A stretch of 64,000 nucleotides of DNA from Babesia bigemina (taxonomy: Eukaryota): assembly GCF_000981445.1 (NCBI RefSeq), contig NC_027218.1, positions 1,364,001-1,428,000 on the forward strand. The letters are read 5' to 3'. The notes under the pieces are model-generated. The model ran no database searches. It saw nothing but the letters and a program-made list of their open reading frames with translations, and was not told the DNA's origin. Shown in pieces: positions 52,200-62,511 of this stretch. The first letter of the stretch is position 1. Every line of letters begins with the position of its first letter. Both the position numbers and the translations under genes were made by a program.

Positions 52200-52994
52200 T
52201 TATCGCATTAATGTAGTCATTTATGCATAACTATGTGGTGGGGAGTAGTAGTGATGAGTTGTGATACCGCATCATCGATGGTACCATGGCGTGAAAAAGC
52301 GTAACTACTTCCAGGCATAACTTGAGTCATGTATCTCACTTAAGAGATCATTCTATTTGGGATGTTGGGTTGTGAGTTATTTGTGAGACGAGCCTACGTC
52401 ATCTAATCAAGTCAGTGTAATGTGAATCTGGGGTTATTGGTCACTAACGTGGCATTTCACAACTGTCGTACTGTGTGATATAGTGGGCTGCCTGTTAGAC
52501 TGGTGGATGACAGATTAGTGATCTGATGACAAGCCAGGCGATCAATGCCACCGGCACGCTAACGTGATGGCCACTGGACGGTGTGGTTATGACAGTGATG
52601 GTAACGGTGTAAATGAGAGACATATTAATGAGCCTGTGTAGCTCACTCGGGGTCTCATTATAATACAACTATGACGACATGTAGGAGCGCTGTCGCCGAC
52701 GTTGGCCGGCCTGTGATGTAGTGGACTACGCAACTGGTACCGGTTGACCTGCATGCCACTGCTAGTATACCGTCAACATGCGTTGACTTGTCTCTATATC
52801 TGTGCTTATATCTGCATAGTTGTGATGTGAGTGGCAGTGATTTGGATGGCCGTTACTTGGCTGGTTGTGGAGCCGACGGGAGGGGAGGAGTGTCCTTGGC
52901 TGAGGTGCGTATTCGTGTTGTAAATCAATGAGTGCGTTGCTTAAGTGATTGATATATGTTTGCAGTTTGATGGGACTGGGAGGGACAGGGGAAG

Positions 52995-53504
52995 ATGACG
53001 GTAGGGGATCCGTGTAGGTTTTGTGATAATAAATGTAAAATGATGATGGAGTGTTATTGCTGTCCCTGGTGTTGTGCGGGATGTAGCAATAAAAGTCAGT
53101 GTATTGAATGTTTGATGCAAAACATGGTGCGCAGAAAAGATCCAACTTACAAATGTGATCCTTCCGTATGTGAAAAACAATGTAAAAAGTGTACCAACTC
53201 TAGATGTAAATGTCTATGCCCATGCTGTAAAAGTAGAAATGGAGGTGAACTCACTACCAACTGCGACAGTCATTCTGGCAAACCGCTTCGTTCCCTCCCC
53301 TCTTCTTCCTCCCGTGGCTCTGCTTCTCACGGTCATGCCTCTGCCTCCCGTGCAAAGCAGCAAACCGGTTCATCATCTACCACAGCTTCCACTCCCATCC
53401 CTTACATCATCGCCTCAGTCGCCCTCATCATCCTCGTCATCTGCGTCATGAGCTACTTCCGCATCCGGCCCTTCCACAGGGTGCTATATCTACTTCGAAG
53501 CTAA
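52995..53504 (+). CDS. Small cysteine-rich single-TM protein, ves-associated family
   Basis: CYCCPWCCAGC..CIEC..CEKQCKKC..CKCLCPCC, Ser-rich linker, TM YIIASVALIILVICVMSYF, basic tail. Conserved upstream block and leader intron ~52904-52965. Confidence 0.8.
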   Translation: MTVGDPCRFCDNKCKMMMECYCCPWCCAGCSNKSQCIECLMQNMVRRKDPTYKCDPSVCEKQCKKCTNSRCKCLCPCCKSRNGGELTTNCDSHSGKPLRSLPSSSSRGSASHGHASASRAKQQTGSSSTTASTPIPYIIASVALIILVICVMSYFRIRPFHRVLYLLRS

Positions 53505-54270
53505 TTATAATAACCTGACTTGCGGCTAACATCTAATGTGCTAGACAAAGTATTGATCGCATTGATGAACAATCACATGAGCAGTGAGGTGACCTAGCTA
53601 CTGACGAAAGTGGTGACCTAGAACCTGACCATCCATTTGACATGGCATTTAATAGATGCACTGATGAGCGAGTTGTTTGGGGTGTTGGTATCTGAGTTAC
53701 TTGTGAGACGTGTAGACGTCATCGCATCTAATCAGTGCGATGTGAATCTAGATGATTGGCTGCCAACGTTAGAAGCTGTGATGACGGTGCTAGTTGATAT
53801 CATATGTTGTCAACTCCGCTACTGTTTGGCGAATCAGCTATCATCCGTGCTGCTGGGATGCCACCGGGACTCTGACATGATGGCTAGTGGATTGAGTGGT
53901 TACGTGACACCGATGGCAACAATTGAATGAGAGACGTATTGACCGAACAGAAAAGCTCACATATACACTCATCAGAGCACTGATGTGATGACCTTTACAT
54001 GAGGCACTGCCAACTTTGTACTGTCCTTTATGGTTGGAGTTGACTGCTCCACTGGCACAGGTTGACCTGCATGCCACGGCCAGGATGGTATTAACATGCT
54101 TTACCTTGGTTGTACTTCCGTTGTGATAGCTGCATAGTTGTGATGTGAGTGGCGGTGCACTGTATGGCCGTCATCTTGCTGCTACCGTAGCGCCGATGGG
54201 AGACGGTCAGTGTCTGGGGACGAGGTGAGTGGTTCATGTTTGCAGGTTAAGGGACAGGAGAGGGGATAAA

Positions 54271-54642
54271 ATGAGTGAGCTACAACGGTGTAAGTGTATT
54301 CTAAGTCGCAAGCAGTGTGACGATGGAATCTGTATATGCTGTAAACAGTGTTGCAATGAGTGTGTCAATCTCCATGGTTGTTCAAAGTGTGTATCTGGAC
54401 TCCGTGGCCGCATAGATAGTTATGACTGTAACCATATAAACTGCAAGACTGTATGTAAACCGAATTGTGAATGCTCATGTTGTTATAGTAGAAGTGCATG
54501 GCGTGCCGCTGCTGTCATCATCCTCGTCATCATCGCCCTGGTCTTCCTGTTTCATTTTTGCATCTTTCACATTCTGCCTTTTCCTCAGGTCCGGGAATAC
54601 ATCGTCCGCAAATTAGCCTGTTGCTCCTCATTTTACAATTAA
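54271..54642 (+). CDS. Small cysteine-rich single-TM protein, ves-associated family
   Basis: MSELQRCKCIL..CICCKQCCNEC..CSKC..CKTVCKPNCECSCC, TM AAAVIILVIIALVFLFHFCIF; conserved upstream block. Confidence 0.8.
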   Translation: MSELQRCKCILSRKQCDDGICICCKQCCNECVNLHGCSKCVSGLRGRIDSYDCNHINCKTVCKPNCECSCCYSRSAWRAAAVIILVIIALVFLFHFCIFHILPFPQVREYIVRKLACCSSFYN

Positions 54643-54715
54643 CTCCTACACCTTGTATTATCGCACTTAGCTCATGGTGTCAGACATTAACAACCCAACG
54701 TTTCGTATAATGGCC

Positions 54716-55501
54716 TTATTATTATGTTCTCTCATCTTACAGTGTGCTGTGTGGCTACATGTGACTTGTGCTACTGTTAAGTTTACCAAGGGTGCCGCCT
54801 CACGCTGAAACCGGTTGCGGGATCCACGTCGGTCCATTGCCGATCGTCACTGGTGCCATCCACGCGGGCATCCATCCAGTTTGGGCTCGAGGGTCTTCTA
54901 CAGAATCGTAGTCTTCTCTCGGTTTCATGTCCCTCATCACTATTTTATCTGTTTCTTGGATCACTACCCGTTGTTCGTGAGCCTCCGTGCGATCCGATAT
55001 GCCCAGGTCCCGTACATACTTGCTGTGTTCTTTCGTCACTATTCCCTCCCACGTCATAACGTAGGGGATAACCCGGATCTTGGTTTACTGGTTAAACTGT
55101 CGCGCCTTGAGGTCCCCGATAAGGTCTTCATACTTCTGCTTCTTGAACTTCTCAGTATCCACTAGGTTGTCTTGATTGCTGATTACGATCTCCACGATGG
55201 TTATGGTGTTCCTCCGCCGATCCGCCAGGATGATGTCTGGCCTGTTGTATTCCTTAGTCTTCCGAGTCTTGACCGTCATCTCGTACGCGATCCATCCGTA
55301 TTTTACATGCACTTGACTCTCGATCTTGTGGGCATCTATCTTCTCCTTGGGTAGTCCTATTTGCCTCCCGAGTACTGACTGGACTCGCTTTGCTACCTCG
55401 TTGTGCCTCTTCGTATATTCAAGGTGTAGGAGTTTCGGCCACTTCGTCGCGAGGTGGTCCACATTCTTGCCGTTGTTGCCTCTTGTGCCTCCCATATTCA
55501 C
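54716..55501 (-). mobile_element. 5'-truncated, decayed non-LTR retrotransposon (restriction-like endonuclease, R2-superfamily type)
   Basis: ORFs 55085-55501 and 54800-55057 are one frame split by a single TAA: VDHLATK..EYTKRHNEVAK..EYNRPDIILADRRRNTITIVEI..EKFKKQKYEDL..*TKIRVIPYVMTWEGIVTK..LGI..VIQET. This gives RHN, PD..D..E and K..KY..L motifs, then a short 3' UTR and a (TAA)3 tail. Confidence 0.85.
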
Positions 55502-55696
55502 TCTTAATGCGGTGACCTCATACGTGAGATGAAGCTGCTGTCACCCATTACTGACAAAAACGAACGAGACATGAAAGCCACCTAATAGCCACAATTACCA
55601 ATATTACCCACAATTACTGGTGTCAAAGGCCACAAGTATACAACAGAATCAGACAGTGAACAATAAAGATAAAAATACAAATTAAATTGTAATGCT

Positions 55697-58492
55697 TCAC
55701 TCGCAGGAAGGTTCCTCATCTGTGCTTTCAAGCAACATCTTCATGTTGAAAGGCTTGAACGCCTTGCCGTCAGCCTTGAAGAACTTGTTTTGGAACTCCA
55801 CCCACTGCAGCCTGAGCGCGTGCAGGTAGCACTCGAGCGAGTCCATACAGAGCATCACGAAGAAAGTGATCACCGCGAAGGCAATGGAGGTGATGAACAG
55901 GCTGATCACGGTGGCAATCACGCCACCTTCGCCTTCAAGTGAGCGGTAGATGGTCTGCTTGAAGAAGACGGAAGACAACTGCTGATGCGACAGCGAAAGC
56001 GCCCAGAGACGCAGGTATGACGAGGTGTTGCTGATGACACCCAGTGAGAACTCGATAGTTTCAATCAGCTGGTGGATGAAGATATCGGCGATGTTGTGCT
56101 GCCCGTGCGACCCGTGGTCCTCGGTGACAGTGCCATCGCTGTGAATGGTAACCGCGAACTCGCCCGGTTGCATTTCACTGGTCGAGCTGACTCGCTTGAA
56201 CTGGAATTTCGATTCCGACATTCCGTTGGCGTCCGTGTTGGACGAGCCGCCAACAGCCTGGTCCCTGGCCTCGATATCGTCTGATTGGCGGTAGACGAGT
56301 TCGTGCTCCCGCTTGGGCTCACCTCCGCCGATGACCAGCCTGCGCCTTTGTGCTAAATAGAGCATGATGGGCTTGGGGAAGAACATCATCGGGATGCAAA
56401 TCAACATGAGGATGACAAGCACACGCTGTACATTCTGCTGTCCCTCGTACATGATGTCGTCCTTGGTGAGGTCCTTCATGAGGCACATGTCAATCATGGT
56501 GGTGATGATCGACGGCTTGGCGAAGCCGTTGTTGAGTGGAGTGATCCACTTGTGGATGATCAGGAAGTTCATGTAGCCCACGAAGCAGCACATCATAACG
56601 AATTGGGGCAGGAACTCGAAGAAGAAGTCGAGCGGCTGCCTGAAGTATATGGCGTTCAGCCCCTTTAGGCACACACCCATAATCATCTGCAAGAACCCTA
56701 CTATGACAGAGAACTTCATCTTGAATGAGTGGAGCATGGTCTGTTCGTTTGTGGCGTGGATCCAGGCCACGTCGAGGCCGAACCCCACCGGGAAGCTTTC
56801 ACTGGACCGCTGCAGGGTCTCCAAGTACTGCCCCTCTCCAACCTTGACACGGCTGCTCGGGTTACTCAGCCAACACGATCCGAAGATGTTGTTTGGCAGA
56901 GACAAAAAATCGTTGTATATGAACCCGGTGTACGTGGCCATGATACCCATGAGCAGGATCATGTACCGACCGTTGATAACCATGAGTGCAATCTCGCCGT
57001 TGTAGGTTTCCTTCAATTTGCGGTGGCGGATGAGCAAGAACAAACCGAACAGGAGCACGCACATGCCATGTCCGATATCACCGAACATAATCCCGAACAG
57101 GAATGGGAAGGTGATGATGGTGAACGGCGCTGGGTTCATCTCTTTATACCTCGGTATACCGTAGGTGTCCACGACGTTCTGGAAGGCCTGTGTGAACGTG
57201 CCGCCTTTGTTGTAAGTCGGCGGCATGGTCTCGGGGTCGTCAAATAACCTCTTGTTTTTGCACTGGTTGTCGACAAGAAGCAACGCGCTGACGCGTCCTT
57301 GCGACTTCTCTGCCAAGAGATACGACCTGATGTTCTCCTCTTCCTCCTCGGGGAACCAGCAATCAGCGCGCAGCGTGATGTCACTTGCCTCGAAATGGTT
57401 CAGGATGTAGTAGATGTATTTCTCCTTCTTGCAGAACAGCGCCCATTCCTCAACGACGCTGTTGCCCTCGGGCCTCGGGCACTCCAGGAGACATGCAATC
57501 TCCTCCCGGAAGTACTTCTTGAAGGCGTTGAGTGCCTTCTGCTTGTCGCGGATGATCTCCTCGAGCTCGCCCAACCTTTGGCGGATGTGAGATTGTGACT
57601 TGGACCAATCGAAAAGTTTGGCCTGGAACCCGTTGCATAGTTTTTGCAGTTTTTGGAACGTGGAGCTGCTACTGGACGACTGGCAGTAGATTACGAATAC
57701 GATTTTCTCATCCTTGTCGTGCCCCGCGGCCTCCTCTTCGCTGATGAGCCCCCGCGCAAGCATGACTTCCCTAATCACCTGGCTGTCCTGGAAGAAGGTG
57801 TACACGTTGCCACGCATGGCCCTGAAAATAGCCCTCGAAAACGCATCCTTGTCGTGCGCGCTGATGATGCCCGCAATGTTGGAGAACGCCAGCGTGGCGC
57901 TTTGTATGTCGGTCTCGATTGATGACGGAATGTCGACCATTTCCCTGTCGACAACATCGCCGTTTGCGTCGCTCTCTGCCAGCAATTTAGCGTTGGATTC
58001 GGCAGATTCGTCCGTACCTGGCCCCCGCTGCGCTGGCGACTCGGCCGAAAGGTACGACTGCCCATTCGACGAGTTGAGCTGCTTCAGCGCCACCAGCATG
58101 ACGCTGTACTCGTTGAGCACCTCCTCGAGCTCAGTCCTGAGCATGAGGTCGTTGCTCTTGAACTTTTCAAACTGTCCGTACAGCTTGAACAGCGACTCCT
58201 CGACCTGGTCGAGGCGGTACACATCGTCGCACTGGAGGAAGTCATCGATTTTGTTCTTGACGATGAACGTGCCCGGTAGCGCCGTAATCTCCTCTTGCAG
58301 CACGCGAATCATGCGCTGCATGTTCAGGATACGCTGGAGGTACTTCTTGTACGGTCTCTCCATGCAGCGTTCGTTCATGTCGACGAACTGGATGTTTGTG
58401 TGCCGGCACAGGAGGTCAATGCAGTCCCGGGCCCTTTCCTGCGGGATGACCAGCGTCCCATGGGACATGGTCTCCGACCTGAAGATTCCCAT
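55697..58492 (-). CDS. VPH1: V-type proton ATPase V0 subunit a
   Basis: MGIFRSETM, PPTYNK, VDTYGIPRYKEMNPA, FPFLFGIMFGDIGHG, HSFKMKFS, ISNTSSYLRLWALSLSHQQLS and LHALRLQWVEFQNKFF. Confidence 0.96.
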   Translation of the reverse strand: MGIFRSETMSHGTLVIPQERARDCIDLLCRHTNIQFVDMNERCMERPYKKYLQRILNMQRMIRVLQEEITALPGTFIVKNKIDDFLQCDDVYRLDQVEESLFKLYGQFEKFKSNDLMLRTELEEVLNEYSVMLVALKQLNSSNGQSYLSAESPAQRGPGTDESAESNAKLLAESDANGDVVDREMVDIPSSIETDIQSATLAFSNIAGIISAHDKDAFSRAIFRAMRGNVYTFFQDSQVIREVMLARGLISEEEAAGHDKDEKIVFVIYCQSSSSSSTFQKLQKLCNGFQAKLFDWSKSQSHIRQRLGELEEIIRDKQKALNAFKKYFREEIACLLECPRPEGNSVVEEWALFCKKEKYIYYILNHFEASDITLRADCWFPEEEEENIRSYLLAEKSQGRVSALLLVDNQCKNKRLFDDPETMPPTYNKGGTFTQAFQNVVDTYGIPRYKEMNPAPFTIITFPFLFGIMFGDIGHGMCVLLFGLFLLIRHRKLKETYNGEIALMVINGRYMILLMGIMATYTGFIYNDFLSLPNNIFGSCWLSNPSSRVKVGEGQYLETLQRSSESFPVGFGLDVAWIHATNEQTMLHSFKMKFSVIVGFLQMIMGVCLKGLNAIYFRQPLDFFFEFLPQFVMMCCFVGYMNFLIIHKWITPLNNGFAKPSIITTMIDMCLMKDLTKDDIMYEGQQNVQRVLVILMLICIPMMFFPKPIMLYLAQRRRLVIGGGEPKREHELVYRQSDDIEARDQAVGGSSNTDANGMSESKFQFKRVSSTSEMQPGEFAVTIHSDGTVTEDHGSHGQHNIADIFIHQLIETIEFSLGVISNTSSYLRLWALSLSHQQLSSVFFKQTIYRSLEGEGGVIATVISLFITSIAFAVITFFVMLCMDSLECYLHALRLQWVEFQNKFFKADGKAFKPFNMKMLLESTDEEPSCE

Positions 58493-59184
58493 GGTGTTCG
58501 TTCGGCTGCTTCAGCGGCTATGGCATCGGTAAATCAGGCCTGATCTGCAGGGGTCCTTGTGCGTTGCCTGGCTCCCGCGCTACTCTCGGGTGAGGACACA
58601 ACCCATACAGATGCTTGTTTCGCTTTATTTATTCCACCGCTTGGGTGTATCGCCGGCGCTGCACGAAGATCGATCTCTCGACGTATTCAGTTGCCGTGCG
58701 ACGGCCGTCGCGGAGATACCATGCCCAAAACCTTAGTAACGGAAGTTGCGATTCGTTTTATTATCCAGTTTCAGCGTTTGGCACCGCGCTGGCGGTGCAA
58801 CAGCTTTTCCCTGCGACCCTGACGGCCGTGTATGCAGCCGTTGTGTATGGGCGGCGGCTTTCACGTGACCTGAGAATCTTGAGTTTTTCGAACCGTATGC
58901 GCAAGCTGGTAAGGTCTAAATCCCTGTCAACACCGCGCACGTATGGATCTTGTGCACCCAACACTAGGTACCTACATCCGTCACGTAGCAACGCGCGCCT
59001 GCGGACTAAGGCGACATTTTCCCGACAGCTCGGCCAATACGCTGCTGCATACTTGAAATTGCTATATTACACCTTTATACTGTGTGTAAGCATTGTTTTG
59101 ATGTGGTATGCGCGAATTTTATAAGGAAAGTACTCGCGCGCAATTTCCCGATCCAGGCGGTGCTTCCGTAGACGGCGCGCCGGT

Positions 59185-60595
59185 TCACCTGGCGACATCG
59201 TCGTCCTCGTAGATGATCGGGTGGTCGTACGGCCTATCTTCGGTTTCTATGTAGTTATCTTGCGGCGTCCACACGGGGTGGAGTCCGACCACAATGGACT
59301 CGATGGTCTCCATGGCTTCGATGCGCTCTTCCATCCGGCCCTTGTCACCTGCACCGCAATATGCTTGGGGGCCGAGGGGCACCTACGGCAATATTCGATC
59401 CCGTCCAGCAGCCAGTCACGGAAGTCCTCGATGTCTTCTATTTTTCGGAGGTTCTCCTTGAGCACGCGCTCGTAGTCCACGCAGTTGTCGTACCTGAAGC
59501 ACTCGGCCAGTATCCTGACCCACTTTCTGGTGCCCCTGGCGCTCGTTAGCACCTCGGCGGCAACCCTGTCCTTCAGCGTGCGCAGGAACTGTTCGGACAG
59601 CGCCGGGTGTTCGTCGCTTAGGCGGAATTTCTTAGACGCCAGCTTTATCAGCTCGTCAAATCGCTGCATGAGGTACTTGTTGAGCTGCTTCTGTTTGTGC
59701 AGCTTATAGAGCACGTCGTCAATGTTTTCGCTGCCGTCCTGCGGGCGATGGGGGCGCGCCGAGGGGCACTTACCACATAGCAGTTGACCAGCCTCACGAT
59801 AATTTCCTCGGCGCGTTCTTTGCGCACCTTGTCTGCGATGGGGGCTATCTCCGAGGCGATGACCTCGAGGCGCTGTATGCTCGCCTGGTCCCTGTTTTTG
59901 CGATACACGCTGAACGCCTTGCCTAGCACCTCCTCAAGCATGTTCTCTTCGTACATGTGCTCCTTGATCGGTTCTAGCGTTATTTCATTAATTTCCATGG
60001 GCGTCTCTGGCATTCCGGTGTCATCCACGGTGTCTTGGCTTTCCACGTCGGGGCCAGCGTTCGCCGCCGCTGTCAACCGGTCGGCCTCCTCCTTCGTCAC
60101 TTGCCGGATTTCGTATTCGCCACTGTTCAGCCCGCGTTCGATTTCTCGCAGTTGGGATCGTTTTCCCCTGCTAACTTCGATGTCCTCCAGGAATGTCCGC
60201 AGTTCGGCCACCCTGTGGATGATCTCCCTGTCCAGTAGGTACTCCCCGGTGGTTGCCGAGGGGTTCGGCAGCGTGATTGCCTCGCCTGGCAAAGGCTCTC
60301 GGAAAACCGAATCCGGTGAGGCCACTCCGGCGCACCGGAACGATTTGTGACGACCTGCATCCCATTCCGTTACCCGTATGTCAGAGGATTCCGTTTCCGG
60401 GGGATCAGCACGTTCATGCAGACCCCGGCTATGGCCTGTTGCGTAGTACAAGGCACTATTCGAGCCTGTTCTTAGCGCGCTCCGCCCATGGATGTAACCC
60501 CTTGCTTCCGCTTGTTGCCATTGGGGCAGAAGCAAGCGGTCAGGTTGCGGATGCGTGCCTAGGAAAGCGATGCAGTATACGGGAATGCATACCAT
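59185..60595 (-). CDS. Three-exon hypothetical protein (start uncertain)
   Basis: ORFs 59648-60595, 59247-59714 and 59185-59382 are joined by introns 59739-59773 and 59349-59386. Helical, charged sequence; no family recognised. Confidence 0.6.
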
Positions 60596-60941
60596 TAGCC
60601 CGTATCGTTTTGACCATCCTGGCGTATTTAGGGAGCTTAAGCACTGCTATACTCCGCAGTAGCCATAAATAGGTGTCTTGCCGCCGCTGGAGTGGCTTTC
60701 CGGTTACCCTCTTGCTGCAACGCCGGCCCGCGCCACCGTCCGGAAACCGTTTTAGAACCTTGGGCTGCTGAGGATTCTTCTGACCTGTTTACCGGCTCAC
60801 TGGATATTGTGTAAGCATTATTCGCAATGCATATGACTGACAACACGGATTCTTTGCGGTGTGTGTGACATACGCCTGTCCATTTTTGTCTGCTCGGCTC
60901 ATTACGCGGCCCGTGGCATCCGTTGGATGCATTCAGCCACA

Positions 60942-62273
60942 ATGAGTACTAAGAGCGGAAAACGAGTCAACGTCAGGGTTGGCAAGCAAATTGCCATCGG
61001 GACGTATGCGTTCCCCTTGACTCCCGTGGTAGGTGTTGCTCCGCATCCATGATTACGAAAATCACCGGCGACTGGCTACCTAAGTGGCGTGACATGGCAT
61101 GATTTCGGCGCTATAGGTCGAATATCAGCCTGCGTGGCCCCGAAAGCGCCAATTTGTGGGTGTCTGTCCCATGCATTGACCGACCCTTGATGCCCGTTGC
61201 CGCCACCGATTGATACGCCTCCCTGTTCTCATATTTTATGCAGGAGAAGAAGCGCTACGGGTCCATGACGCACAGATGGACCTGCTTGCTGCGCTCGCCG
61301 ACCAACGAGAACATGACCCACTACGTCAAGAAGGTCCAGTTCGACCTGGACCCATCGTTCCTTAACCCTCGTCGGGGTAAGCGGTTTGGCGCTATCAGTT
61401 ATAACGAGTTCAGTGTTGACAAGCATGCCGTACGAGGTGACGGAAGTGGGTTGGGGCGAATTCTACATCGGTGTGAAAATATACTTCGTGGACGAGTCCC
61501 TCGAGCCGGTGCAGCTTCAGCATCTCCTGGTGGTGCGTTCGTTGCGCCTTACGCCTCATTGTGGCTGCAGTTGAACCCGTCTGACAATACCGGATCTAAC
61601 GCAACGACGGCGACGAACGAGACCTTTGACGAGATCATCTTCAACGAGCCCGCCGCCTGGTTCTACAAGCACCTCATGTGCAGCACTACCGACTGCCTGC
61701 CTCCGCACAAGTACCAAGAACACTGTGAGTCGCAATGCGCAGCTTTTGTGTAATCGTGGGTGCAGTTTGGGATTACAGCATGCGTGACAAGGAGACCACG
61801 TGCCGCTACATCTGCTGCCAGTCATACTTCCAGGTGCGATTTCGAATCACTATAGTGCATAGCGTTGCAGAATGAGACGTACAGACTGCTGGCGGAGGCC
61901 TCAGAGCTGTCTCGCCAGATCCAATACCTCCAGGAGAAGGCTAACGTTATCAAGAACCCGACCATTCTCACTAAGACCAACCCCAACAGTACGTTCTGGG
62001 GCTCGAGTGCGTTGTCATCCTGTCGCAGAGCCCACGGTAATCGGCACAAAGAACGCGTGCTCCACCCCGACGACCACGCCGCAGGATGCGCCGACGAAGC
62101 GCGATGCCGTGGACAGCAACTCGCCGGAGTCCTCCATTTTATCGTCGTACGATCCCAAGCTGGCGTCGCTCTCCCCCTCCGCCACGGTAGTGTCGTCCAC
62201 ACCGTCGATGGCCGCAGAGGAGAAGCTGCAGCTGGATGACAAGGAGTTGGGCGACTCCGCCGACGGAACATGA
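60942..62273 (+). CDS. YEATS-domain protein (Yaf9/GAS41-like), multi-exon
   Basis: IAIGTYA..THRWTCLLR..YVKKVQFDLDPSFLNPRR|VLTSMPYEVTEVGWGEFYIGVKIYF..ETFDEIIFNEP, followed by a coiled coil; several short introns. Confidence 0.88.
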
Positions 62274-62511
62274 CCGAACCGAGCTCACCCTGGGCGTTGG
62301 GCACCCAGACCTCCATGCTGACGCCAAAACGGCTGCCAACATGTATCGCGAATTTTAAAGGTCATTGCAATACGCAGTGCGCCGCCCTGCAGCAGCAAAG
62401 TCACGCATCGATCTGCTGTACCATCCGTTATTCGGAGCTGCGGCAAGCGACCGAGTTGTCACCGGCATGAAAACAGTGAAGGTAACTGGTATATTAATTT
62501 TTGGCTTCCCG

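Noticed and set aside
55085..55087. Programmed stop-codon readthrough in the endonuclease ORF
   Set aside because: The copy is truncated and has lost its knuckle cysteines, so a nonsense mutation in a dead element is simpler.
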